Program-made: the position numbers and the translations under genes
The notes under the pieces: generated by a model
What the model was told of the DNA's origin: nothing
Databases searched by the model: none
Seen by the model: only the letters and a program-made list of their open reading frames with translations
Shown here: positions 19,612 to 28,441 of the stretch, piece by piece
Numbering within the stretch: the first letter of the stretch is position 1
How the letters are laid out: each line of letters opens with the position of its first letter
Origin: Nitratidesulfovibrio vulgaris str. Hildenborough
Lineage (GTDB): Bacteria; Desulfobacterota; Desulfovibrionia; Desulfovibrionales; Desulfovibrionaceae
NCBI RefSeq assembly: GCF_000195755.1
Contig: NC_002937.3
Location: 1,380,001-1,412,000 of the forward strand
Length of the DNA: 32,000 nucleotides
Direction: 5' to 3'

Positions 19612-19992
19612 ATGTTGACTGATCCTATTGCTGATATGCTCACGCGTATCCGCAACGCGCACTTGGCCCTGCATAAGGAAGTGAGTGTGCCGCGCTCGAA
19701 GATGAAGGAATCCCTCGCCGCCATCCTCAAGCAGGAAGGCTACATCGAAGATGTCGCGACGGAAGAGGGCTCCATCAAGCTGACCCTCAAGTATTTCAAG
19801 GGTAAGCCCGTCATCAGCGGTCTGAAGCGGGTGAGCAAGCCCGGTCGCCGCGTGTACGTTGGCATGCACGAGATCCCCAAGGTCCAGAACGGCCTTGGCA
19901 TCTGCATCCTCTCGACCTCCCGCGGGGTCATGGATGGGAACAGCGCCCACGAAAGCAAGGTGGGCGGCGAACTCTTGTGCGAAATCTGGTAG
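19612..19992 (+). CDS. rpsH: 30S ribosomal protein S8
   Basis: 126 aa, [16 protein letters not shown]... Confidence 0.98.
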   Translation: MLTDPIADMLTRIRNAHLALHKEVSVPRSKMKESLAAILKQEGYIEDVATEEGSIKLTLKYFKGKPVISGLKRVSKPGRRVYVGMHEIPKVQNGLGICILSTSRGVMDGNSAHESKVGGELLCEIW

Positions 19993-20004
19993 GCGGGTGC
20001 AAAC

Positions 20005-20544
20005 ATGTCCAGAATAGGTAAGCAGCCCATTCCCATTCCTTCCGGTGTGGAAGTGAAGATCGGGAATGATGTTGTAGAGGTTAAGGGCCCCAAGGGGGCG
20101 CTGACCACCCCCGTTTGCTCCGTGCTTTCGTACGAAGTGACCGACGGCAAGGTTGTCATCACCCGCCTCGACGAGACCCGTCAGACCCGTGCGCAGCATG
20201 GTCTGCGCCGCACGTTGCTCGCCAACTGCATCGAAGGTGTCTCGAAGGGCTTCTCCAAAACCCTCGAAGTCGTCGGTGTCGGTTACAAGGTAGCTGTCAA
20301 GGGCGACGTGGTTGACCTGTCGGTGGGCTACTCCCACCCGGTGCTCATCGACCTGCCCGCTGGCATCTCTGCCAAGGCGGAAGGTAACAAGCTGACCATC
20401 TCCGGTGTTGACAAGGAACTGGTAGGCGAAGTTGCCGCGCAGATGCGCCGCGTGCGTAAGCCTGAGCCCTACAAGGGCAAGGGTATCAAGTACGATAACG
20501 AGCAGATTCGCCGCAAGGCCGGCAAGTCTGGTGGTAAAAAATAG
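20005..20544 (+). CDS. rplF: 50S ribosomal protein L6
   Basis: 179 aa, MSRIGKQPIPIPSGVEV... Confidence 0.98.
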   Translation: MSRIGKQPIPIPSGVEVKIGNDVVEVKGPKGALTTPVCSVLSYEVTDGKVVITRLDETRQTRAQHGLRRTLLANCIEGVSKGFSKTLEVVGVGYKVAVKGDVVDLSVGYSHPVLIDLPAGISAKAEGNKLTISGVDKELVGEVAAQMRRVRKPEPYKGKGIKYDNEQIRRKAGKSGGKK

Positions 20545-20557
20545 GTTGGGTTGAGAC

Positions 20558-20917
20558 ATGAAATTCACCAAGAATGAAGCCAGACTGCGGCGCAAGGTCC
20601 GCATCCGGAAGAAGATTTCCGGAACTGCCGAAAGGCCCCGGCTGGTGGTCTACAGGTCCAACCTGCACATCTACGCCCAGATCGTGGATGACACCACCGG
20701 AAGCACCCTCGTCGCTACGTCCACGCTGTCCATCAGCCGTACGCAGGAAGGCGTGCACGCCAACAAGGCCGGCGCCGAGCTGGTCGGCAAGGAAATTGCC
20801 CGCCTCGCCAAGGATAAGGACATCCAGAGCGTGGTGTTCGACCGCAACGGCTACCTCTATCATGGGCGCATCAAGGCCGTTGCCGACGGTGCCCGTGAAG
20901 CTGGCCTTGAATTCTAA
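20558..20917 (+). CDS. rplR: 50S ribosomal protein L18
   Basis: 119 aa, ...RPRLVVYRSNLHIYAQ...FDRNGYLYHGRIKA... Confidence 0.97.
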   Translation: MKFTKNEARLRRKVRIRKKISGTAERPRLVVYRSNLHIYAQIVDDTTGSTLVATSTLSISRTQEGVHANKAGAELVGKEIARLAKDKDIQSVVFDRNGYLYHGRIKAVADGAREAGLEF

Positions 20918-20936
20918 CGGTTGGTAGGTATCTGGC

Positions 20937-21428
20937 ATGGAACAGAACGAATTCGGATTGATCGAAAAGATCGTCTACCTCAACCGCGTTGCCAAGGTCG
21001 TGAAGGGCGGTCGCCGTTTCAGCTTCAGCGCCCTCGTCGTCGTTGGTGACGGGAAGGGGTCTGTCGGCTTCGGCCTGGGCAAGGCTCAGGAAGTGCCGGA
21101 AGCTCTTCGCAAGGCCACCGAGCGTGCCAAGAAGAGCATGATCGAAGTCCCGCTGATCGACGGTACGCTCCCTTACGAGATCCTCGGTCGCTTCGGTGCA
21201 GGGCATGTCCTGCTGAAGCCCGCTTCGAAGGGTACCGGCATCATCGCTGGCGGGGCCGTGCGCGCCGTCATGGAAGCTGTCGGTGTCACCGACGTGCTCA
21301 CCAAGGCGATCGGCACCAACAACCCGCACAACGTCCTGCGCGCCACTGTCGCCGGTCTCGCCTCGTTGCGTAGCGCCGAGGAAGTGGGCCAGCTGCGCGG
21401 CAAGAAGCTTGAAGCGCCCAGGAAGTAA
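20937..21428 (+). CDS. rpsE: 30S ribosomal protein S5
   Basis: 163 aa, ...[18 protein letters not shown]... Confidence 0.98.
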
Positions 21429-21437
21429 GGACTAGCC

Positions 21438-21608
21438 ATGATCAAGGTCAAGCTCGTTCGCAGCCTGATCTGCTGCAACCCCACTCAGCGCGCCACCGTT
21501 GCCGCTCTGGGTTTGCGCAAGGTCGGCAGTGAGAAGACGTTCAAGGACGATGCCGCCATTCGCGGCATGATCAACAAGGTGAAGCATCTGATCGAGGTCA
21601 GTGAGTAA
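21438..21608 (+). CDS. rpmD: 50S ribosomal protein L30
   Basis: Not in the ORF track because it is under 60 aa. Hand translation gives [56 protein letters not shown] (56 aa). Its TAA overlaps the rplO ATG (TAATG). Confidence 0.9.
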   Translation: MIKVKLVRSLICCNPTQRATVAALGLRKVGSEKTFKDDAAIRGMINKVKHLIEVSE

Positions 21609-22054
21609 TGAGACTGCACGATCTGTATCCGTTCCCTGAGGAACGCAAGACGCGCAAGCGTGTAGGCCGTGGCTCCGGCTCCGGTCTCGGCTGCACGTCC
21701 GGTAAGGGTAACAAGGGTCAGAATGCCCGCGCAGGCGGCGGTGTGCGTCCCGGCTTCGAAGGTGGCCAGATGCCTTTGCAGCGTCGTCTGCCCAAGCGTG
21801 GCTTCAAGAACATGTTCGCGGTCAAGTACGAAGTCATCAACCTTGCTCGCCTCCTTGCTGCCTTTGAAGGCAAGGCGGAGATCACCCTTGATGACATCTA
21901 CGACCGTGGCCTGTGCAGCCTCGGCTCTGCTGTCAAGATCCTCGGCGAAGGTGACGTGACCACGGCCATCAAGGTCGAGGCTCACAAGTTCAGTGCCTCC
22001 GCTGTCGAGAAGATCCGCAACGCCGGTGGCGAAGCCAAGGCATTGGAAGGGTAA
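21608..22054 (+). CDS. rplO: 50S ribosomal protein L15
   Basis: 148 aa, [32 protein letters not shown]... Confidence 0.97.
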   Translation: MRLHDLYPFPEERKTRKRVGRGSGSGLGCTSGKGNKGQNARAGGGVRPGFEGGQMPLQRRLPKRGFKNMFAVKYEVINLARLLAAFEGKAEITLDDIYDRGLCSLGSAVKILGEGDVTTAIKVEAHKFSASAVEKIRNAGGEAKALEG

Positions 22055-22057
22055 ACC

Positions 22058-23371
22058 GTGGCTCTGAGTGGTGTTGATAATCTGGCGCGTCTGCCTGAGC
22101 TTCGGAGCAAGCTCATGTGGACATTCCTGTTGCTGGCCGCCTACCGGATAGGGGTACATGTCCCGATTCCCGGTGTGGATTCCTCGGCTCTGGCAGATTT
22201 CTTTGCCAGCGTTCAGAACACCCTTTTTGGCCTCTTTGACATGTTCTCCGGGGGCGGGCTTCGCAACTTGTCGGTGTTCGCCCTCGGGATCATGCCTTAC
22301 ATATCCGCATCCATCATCTTGCAACTGCTTCAGGTCGTTAGTCCCGACCTGAAGCGGCTTGCCAAGGAAGAGGGCGCTGCGGGCAAGCGGAAACTCACCC
22401 AGTATACCCGGTATGCCACTGTCCTGATCACCGTGATCCAGGGCCTTGGTATCGCCATCGGTCTTGAGAGCATGCACAGCCCCGCCGGGGCTCCTGTCGT
22501 GCTTGAAGCCGGGTGGGCCTTCCGTCTTGTGACCATCATCACCCTGACCGCGGGCACTGTGCTCATCATGTGGCTGGGTGAACAGATAACCGAGAAGGGA
22601 CTGGGCAACGGTATTTCGTTGATCATCTTCTCGGGTATCGTCGCCGGTATCCCCGGCGGCATTCTGAAATCTGCACAGCTCATCAGTGCCGGAGACATGA
22701 GCCTCTTTGCGGCCATCGTCATCCTCGCGCTGATGGGATTGGTGCTGGCAGGCATCGTGTTTGTGGAACGCGCTCAACGACGGATTCCGATTCATTATGC
22801 CAAGCGGCAAGTGGGTCGTAAGATGTTCGGCGGGCAGACCACACACCTTCCGCTTCGCGTGAACACGGCCGGGGTCATCCCGCCCATCTTCGCGTCGAGC
22901 CTGCTCCTGTTCCCGGCGACCGTAGCGAACTTCGCCACAAGTGACTGGCTCAAGTCCGTGGCCTCTTGGTTCTCACCCCACACGATCCCGTATAACATCC
23001 TGTTCATTGCGTTGATCGTGTTCTTCAGCTTCTTCTATACGGCTATAATCTTCGATCCGAAGGATATTGCTGAGAATCTGAAGAAGGGTGGTGGTTTCAT
23101 CCCCGGCATCCGGCCCGGAGACAAGACCAAGGAGTACATCGACAAAGTGCTGACCCGGATCACACTCTGGGGTGCCATCTACATATCCGTGATTTCCGTG
23201 CTGCCCATGTTCCTGATTGCGCAGTTCAACGTGCCGTTCTATTTCGGCGGCACCAGCCTGCTCATTCTGGTCGGTGTGGCGATGGATTTCATGTCGCAGA
23301 TCGAATCCCATCTGATTTCGCGCCAGTACGAAGGGCTCATGAACAAGACCCGGATCAAGGGGCAACGGTAA
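22058..23371 (+). CDS. secY: Preprotein translocase subunit SecY
   Basis: 437 aa, 10-TM profile, ...LGIMPYISASII... GTG start. Confidence 0.97.
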   Translation: MALSGVDNLARLPELRSKLMWTFLLLAAYRIGVHVPIPGVDSSALADFFASVQNTLFGLFDMFSGGGLRNLSVFALGIMPYISASIILQLLQVVSPDLKRLAKEEGAAGKRKLTQYTRYATVLITVIQGLGIAIGLESMHSPAGAPVVLEAGWAFRLVTIITLTAGTVLIMWLGEQITEKGLGNGISLIIFSGIVAGIPGGILKSAQLISAGDMSLFAAIVILALMGLVLAGIVFVERAQRRIPIHYAKRQVGRKMFGGQTTHLPLRVNTAGVIPPIFASSLLLFPATVANFATSDWLKSVASWFSPHTIPYNILFIALIVFFSFFYTAIIFDPKDIAENLKKGGGFIPGIRPGDKTKEYIDKVLTRITLWGAIYISVISVLPMFLIAQFNVPFYFGGTSLLILVGVAMDFMSQIESHLISRQYEGLMNKTRIKGQR

Positions 23372-23372
23372 C

Positions 23373-24152
23373 TTGAAAAAGTACCGCGGTATATTCATCA
23401 AGAACGAGAATGAGATAGGCCTCCTTCGGGAGGCCAATCGAATCGTGGCTTCGATCCTTGACGTTCTGGGCGAACACGTTCGCCCAGGCGTCAGGACGAT
23501 GCATTTCGAAGAACTGGCTCAGAAACTGTGTCAGGAACACGGAGTGAAGCCCGCCTTCCAGGGGTATTACGGCTATCCGTTTGCCCTGTGCTGTTCCGTC
23601 AACGAAGAGGTCGTTCACGGCTTCCCGTCTGAACGGATACTGAACGAAGGCGACATTGTGAGCTTTGACATGGGCGTCGTCTATGAAGGCTTCTACGGAG
23701 ACTCGGCACGCACCTTCCCGGTCGGAAAGGTGAGCGACGAGGCTACCCGTCTCATGGACGTGACCCGTGAATCGCTCATGAAGGGCATAGCGCAGGCAAA
23801 ACCGGGAAACAGTCTCTATGACATCTCTGTTGCCGTGCAACGGCATGTTGAGAGCAACGGTTTTCAGGTCGTCCGGCGTTTTGTGGGGCACGGTATCGGT
23901 CGCGCCTTGCATGAGAAGCCCGAAGTGCCCAACTTCGTGCCTCCGGGCATCACGGGCGTACCTCTGAAACCCGGTATGGTGCTAGCCATCGAACCCATGG
24001 TGACAGTCGGTACGTACGAGGTGGAAATCCTCGATGACAACTGGACGGCCGTCACCCGGGACAGAAAGCTGTCTGCTCACTTCGAGCATAGTGTCGCGAT
24101 CACCAACGACGGCTGTGAAATCCTCAGCCTGTCACCCGGTGCTGTACGCTAG
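23373..24152 (+). CDS. map: Methionine aminopeptidase, type I
   Basis: 259 aa. Metal-ligand context ...VVHGFP..., ...FDMG..Y.G..GD..., ...GHGIG..LHE.P.V..., ...LAIEPM..., ...EH.V.IT. TTG start 1 nt after the secY TAA. Confidence 0.93.
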   Translation: MKKYRGIFIKNENEIGLLREANRIVASILDVLGEHVRPGVRTMHFEELAQKLCQEHGVKPAFQGYYGYPFALCCSVNEEVVHGFPSERILNEGDIVSFDMGVVYEGFYGDSARTFPVGKVSDEATRLMDVTRESLMKGIAQAKPGNSLYDISVAVQRHVESNGFQVVRRFVGHGIGRALHEKPEVPNFVPPGITGVPLKPGMVLAIEPMVTVGTYEVEILDDNWTAVTRDRKLSAHFEHSVAITNDGCEILSLSPGAVR

Positions 24153-24155
24153 AGG

Positions 24156-24184
24156 TTGACGACCTTGTGACGGAGTGGTATCCG
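24156..24184 (+). promoter_or_regulatory. Candidate sigma70-like promoter for rpmJ-rpsM-rpsK-rpsD-rpoA-rplQ
   Basis: TTGACG (24156-24161), 17-nt spacer, TATCCG (24179-24184), inside the 93-nt map-rpmJ gap. Confidence 0.35.
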
Positions 24185-24245
24185 TCCCTGTTCCGGCAGG
24201 GCTTGTCGTTCTGCCGGCGTCCAACGTTACCTAACGGAGACGAAG

Positions 24246-24359
24246 ATGAAAGTTAGGCCTTCCGTCAAGAAAATCTGCCCCAAGTGCAAGGTGATCCGGC
24301 GCCGGGGCGTGCTGAGAGTCATCTGCGAAAACCCCCGGCACAAGCAGCGCCAGGGCTAA
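24246..24359 (+). CDS. rpmJ: 50S ribosomal protein L36
   Basis: Not in the ORF track. Hand translation gives [37 protein letters not shown] (37 aa). GGAG RBS. Confidence 0.93.
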   Translation: MKVRPSVKKICPKCKVIRRRGVLRVICENPRHKQRQG

Positions 24360-24377
24360 CCACTCAGGAGTCAGACT

Positions 24378-24746
24378 GTGGCCAGAATTGCTGGTGTCGA
24401 TCTGCCCCGTGGCAAGCGCGTTGACATCGCGCTGACCTATATCTACGGTATCGGTCGTGCAACCGCCCTTCAGATCCTCGATGCTACGGGTGTCAACTGG
24501 ACCCGTAACGTTGACGATCTCAACGCGGACGAAGTCAACGAGATCCGCAAGGAAATCGAACAGAACCACAAGGTCGAAGGTGACCTGCGCCGTGAAATCA
24601 GCGCGAACATCAAGCGTCTGATGGACATCGGCTGCTACCGTGGTCTGCGTCATCGTCGTGGACTTCCCGTCCGCGGTCAGCGTACGCATACCAACGCCCG
24701 CACCCGCAAGGGTCCGAGGCGCGGTACCGTCGGCAAGAAGAAGTAG
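24378..24746 (+). CDS. rpsM: 30S ribosomal protein S13
   Basis: 122 aa, [14 protein letters not shown]... GTG start, AGGAG RBS. Confidence 0.97.
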   Translation: MARIAGVDLPRGKRVDIALTYIYGIGRATALQILDATGVNWTRNVDDLNADEVNEIRKEIEQNHKVEGDLRREISANIKRLMDIGCYRGLRHRRGLPVRGQRTHTNARTRKGPRRGTVGKKK

Positions 24747-24894
24747 TCTCTTTTTCGGCTAGTTAGGCGTGGAATCTCACCTGGCTTGCGGGACAATCTC
24801 CCCCAATGACCAGTGCGGCACGGCTCTGTCATGACTGAGCTCGTTCAGAGGTTCCGGCACAGCCCAAATTCCAGCGTCAAAGAAGAGTGAAGTT

Positions 24895-25284
24895 ATGGCA
24901 AGACCCAAGCGTACGGTCAAAAAGAGAGAGAAGAAGAACGTCCCTGTCGGGCTCGCCCACATCCAGGCGACGTTCAACAACACCATCGTGACCTTCACGG
25001 ACACCAGGGGTAACACCATCAGCTGGGCCAGCGCCGGGCAGAGCGGTTTCAAGGGGTCTCGCAAGAGCACTCCTTTCGCCGCCCAGATGGCCGCCGAGCA
25101 GGCTGCCAAGAAGGCTCAGGAAAACGGCATGAGGACCGTGGGCATCTACGTGAAGGGCCCCGGTTCCGGTCGTGAAGCCGCCATGCGTGCTATCAATGCC
25201 GCCGGTTTCAAGGTCGCGTTCATTCGCGACATCACCCCCATTCCGCACAACGGTTGCCGTCCGCCCAAGCGGCGCCGCGTCTAA
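24895..25284 (+). CDS. rpsK: 30S ribosomal protein S11
   Basis: 129 aa, ...[20 protein letters not shown]... Confidence 0.97.
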   Translation: MARPKRTVKKREKKNVPVGLAHIQATFNNTIVTFTDTRGNTISWASAGQSGFKGSRKSTPFAAQMAAEQAAKKAQENGMRTVGIYVKGPGSGREAAMRAINAAGFKVAFIRDITPIPHNGCRPPKRRRV

Positions 25285-25299
25285 GAGGAGGACACAGCC

Positions 25300-25926
25300 T
25301 TGGCTAAGTATACCGATGCTAAGTGCCGTCAGTGCCGCCGTGAAGGTACCAAGCTTTTTCTGAAGGGCGACCGTTGCTTCACCGATAAGTGCGCTTTCGA
25401 TCGTCGTCCCTACGCTCCCGGCCAGCATGGCCGCGCGCGCAAGAAGGTAAGCGACTACGCCGTCCAGCTGCGTGAGAAGCAGAAGGTCCGTCGTATGTAT
25501 GGCATCCTCGAACAGCAGTTCCACGCGTATTTCACCAAGGCCGACATGGCCAAGGGTGTTACCGGTGCGAACCTTCTTTCGCTGCTCGAGAGACGCCTTG
25601 ACAACGTCATCTACCGCCTTGGTTTCGCAAACTCGCGTAACCAGGCTCGTCAGCTCGTCCGTCACGGGATCTTCACCCTCAACGGCCGCAAGGTGAACAT
25701 TCCTTCCTTGCAGGTCCGTATCGGTGACACGATCGAAGTGCCTGAAAAGAGCCGCAAGATCCCCGTGCTGGCCGAAGCGCAGGAAGTGATCGCCCGCCGT
25801 GGCTGCCCCGCATGGCTTGAAGCCGACGGCGCGAACTTCCGCGGCGTTGTGAAGGCCCTGCCGCAGCGCGAAGACATTCAGTTCCCGATCAACGAGCACC
25901 TGATTGTCGAGCTTTACTCCAAATAA
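25300..25926 (+). CDS. rpsD: 30S ribosomal protein S4 (zinc-finger form)
   Basis: 208 aa, [31 protein letters not shown]... TTG start with GAGGAGGA RBS. Confidence 0.96.
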   Translation: MAKYTDAKCRQCRREGTKLFLKGDRCFTDKCAFDRRPYAPGQHGRARKKVSDYAVQLREKQKVRRMYGILEQQFHAYFTKADMAKGVTGANLLSLLERRLDNVIYRLGFANSRNQARQLVRHGIFTLNGRKVNIPSLQVRIGDTIEVPEKSRKIPVLAEAQEVIARRGCPAWLEADGANFRGVVKALPQREDIQFPINEHLIVELYSK

Positions 25927-25938
25927 GCGGGTGTGAGC

Positions 25939-26982
25939 ATGCTCATCAAACAAGGCGACAGGCTTATCAACACGCGGAACTGGTCGGAACTGGTCAAGCC
26001 GGAGCAGATCTCCCGGGATGGCGAAGTCTCCGACACCATGTACGGAAAGTTCGTCTGCGAGCCTCTGGAGCGCGGGTATGCAACGACCATCGGCAATGCC
26101 ATGCGTCGCGTGCTTCTCTCTTCTCTTCAGGGTGCTGCGTTCGTGGCGGTCAAGATCTCGGGCGTACAGCACGAGTTCACCACCATCCCCGGCGTGCTCG
26201 AAGACGTGACCGATGTCGTGCTGAACCTCAAGCAGGTTCGTCTTGCCATGGACACCGAAGAGCCCCAGTATCTGGAGCTCAAGGTGGACAAGAGGGGCGC
26301 GATCACCGCTGGTGACGTAAGAACCAACCAGCATGTCATGGTTCTCAACCCTGATCAGCATATCGCGACCCTGACCGAGGACATCGAGCTCACCTTCGAG
26401 CTCGAGGTCCGCATGGGCAAGGGCTACGTGCCCGCCGATATGCATGAAGGGCTCAGCGAGGAGATCGGCCTCATCAAACTCGACGCCAGCTTCTCGCCCG
26501 TGCGCAAAGTCGCCTATACGGTTGAGCAGGCTCGCGTCGGCCAGATGACGAACTATGACAAGCTCATTCTCGAAGTCTGGACCGACGGTTCAGTCTCTCC
26601 CGAGGATGCGATTGCCTACAGCGCGAAGATCATCAAGGACCAGATTTCCGTCTTCATCAACTTCGATGAGCGGATTTCGGGCGAAAACTCGAACGGGTCT
26701 GCCGATTCCGGCGAATTCAACGAGCATCTCTTCAAGAGCATCGATGAGCTCGAACTTTCCGTTCGTGCCACTAACTGCCTGAAGAGCGCCAATATCGCCC
26801 TCGTGGGTGAACTGGTCCAGAAGTCCGAGAACGAGATGCTGAAGACCAAGAACTTCGGTCGCAAGTCGCTAGACGAAATCCGTCGGGTGCTTGGTGACAT
26901 GGGGCTCGACTTCGGCACCAAGGTCGACGGCTTCGAGAAGAAATATCAGGAATGGAAGAGGAAGCAGCAACATGAGGCATAG
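25939..26982 (+). CDS. rpoA: DNA-directed RNA polymerase subunit alpha
   Basis: [22 protein letters not shown]... with the alpha-CTD ...[12 protein letters not shown]... The ATG at 25939 is preferred to GTG 25933, with uncertainty of 2 codons. Confidence 0.95.
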
Positions 26983-27373
26983 CAACTCCGGCAAGAAGCT
27001 GGGGAGAACGCCCTCGCACCGTAAGGCGTTGTTCCGCAACCTGGCTAAGGCCCTCCTGACGCACGGCAAGATCCGTACGACCGAGATCAAGGCCAAGGAA
27101 CTTCGCCGCGTGGTGGAGCCCCTGATCACCCTTGCTCTGCGCAACGATCTGCACGCTCGTCGTCAGGCCTACAGCGTTCTTGGCAGCCACCAGCTTGTCA
27201 AGCGTCTGTTCGACGAGATCGGCCCTGCATTCGTCGGCGTGCCCGGCGGCTACACCCGCGTGGTGAAGCTTGGCCAGCCCCGTCGTGGCGACTGCGCGCC
27301 CCTCGCCATCATCGAGTTCACCCGTACCGTTGCTGCCTCCGAGGCCGCTGCGGCACCTGCTGAAGCCGAATAG
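26972..27373 (+). CDS. rplQ: 50S ribosomal protein L17
   Basis: Start set at internal ATG 26972 ([24 protein letters not shown]), 133 aa. It overlaps the rpoA 3' end by 11 nt. Confidence 0.95.
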
Positions 27374-27396
27374 GCGAGTCCTGACGTAGTATGAGA

Positions 27397-27425
27397 GGCA
27401 GCTCCTTCGGGGGCTGCCTTTTTTT
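27397..27425 (+). terminator. Rho-independent terminator after rplQ
   Basis: Stem GGCAGCUCC/GGGGCUGCC (one G-U pair) with UUCG loop, followed by T7. Confidence 0.8.
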
Positions 27426-27514
27426 CGTGTCTTGCCCGATGAGAACTGTCTGCCGACTATCAAGGTTACGGCTACGAGCTTGCGTTATTGGGATATTCGA
27501 TATATCCTATAGCC

Positions 27515-28441
27515 ATGATTGATTATCGTAGGCTTGAAGCCTTTTGCAAAGTGTATGAGTTGCGTAGCTTCTCTCGTGCAGGTGAAGATCTCTTTCTCTC
27601 TCAGCCGACCATAAGTGCTCATGTCCTCGCCCTGGAGAAGGACCTCGGCATGCAGCTTCTCGACCGGCTCGGGCGAAGTGTGCTGCCGACTCCGGCTGGG
27701 GATGTGCTGTACCGGCACGCGATGAACGCCTTTGAAAGCCTTGAGGCTGCCAAATCCGAGCTGGCGATGCTTCGGGATGAAGTGAGCGGTGAACTTGTCC
27801 TCGGGGGCAGTACGATCCCTGCGCATCATATCCTGCCGCCAGTGCTTGGCACCTTCCTTCGCCGTCACCCGTGCGTCAGTGTGAAGATTTGTGTCGGCGA
27901 TACAGAGGACATCATGCAAAGCGTCGCACAGGGCGAAGTGATGCTTGGTCTTGTGGGTGACCTGCGGCCTCAGCCCGACCTCCATTTCGAGGCTGTGATT
28001 GATGACGAACTTGTCGTCATTGCGCATCCGCAGATGGTAGAGGGGGGCGTCCCTCATGCTGTTGCCGAATTGGCCTCATATCCTTGGGTCATGCGTGAGA
28101 AAGGGTCCGGGACGCGTAGCGCCTTCCTCAACGGGCTTGATGCCCTTGGTGTCGACTGGCGCCTGTTCGATGTCGTGCTGACCGTGGGCAGCACTGAAGC
28201 CGTCATCCAGTATGTCCGGGCAGGGCTGGGCATCAGTGTCACATCCCGTATCGCCGTTGCTGACGCCCTTGGCAGGGGTGAGCTTGTGGAGATTCCGCTT
28301 TCCGACTATCATCCTGCGCGAAAATTCTATTGCATTCATCATGCGCGGCGAACCCTGTTCCCTTCCGCCCTCGCCTTCATGACGGCGCTTCGGGAAGGTG
28401 CCCGTGTTGTTGCTGAAGATGGAGAATCGCATGACCGTTGA
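27515..28441 (+). CDS. LysR-family transcriptional regulator
   Basis: N-terminal wHTH MIDYRRLEAFCKVYELRSFSRAGEDLFLSQPTISAHVLALEKDLG plus a LysR substrate-binding-type C-terminal domain. ATG 27515 is preferred to the TTG at 27488. Confidence 0.85.
   Translation: MIDYRRLEAFCKVYELRSFSRAGEDLFLSQPTISAHVLALEKDLGMQLLDRLGRSVLPTPAGDVLYRHAMNAFESLEAAKSELAMLRDEVSGELVLGGSTIPAHHILPPVLGTFLRRHPCVSVKICVGDTEDIMQSVAQGEVMLGLVGDLRPQPDLHFEAVIDDELVVIAHPQMVEGGVPHAVAELASYPWVMREKGSGTRSAFLNGLDALGVDWRLFDVVLTVGSTEAVIQYVRAGLGISVTSRIAVADALGRGELVEIPLSDYHPARKFYCIHHARRTLFPSALAFMTALREGARVVAEDGESHDR

Noticed and set aside
18841-26445. Minus-strand ORFs of 587, 453 and 522 aa antisense to the spc and alpha operons
   Set aside because: Same GC-rich antisense artefact. 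They span several unrelated sense genes and intergenic junctions without regard to gene boundaries.
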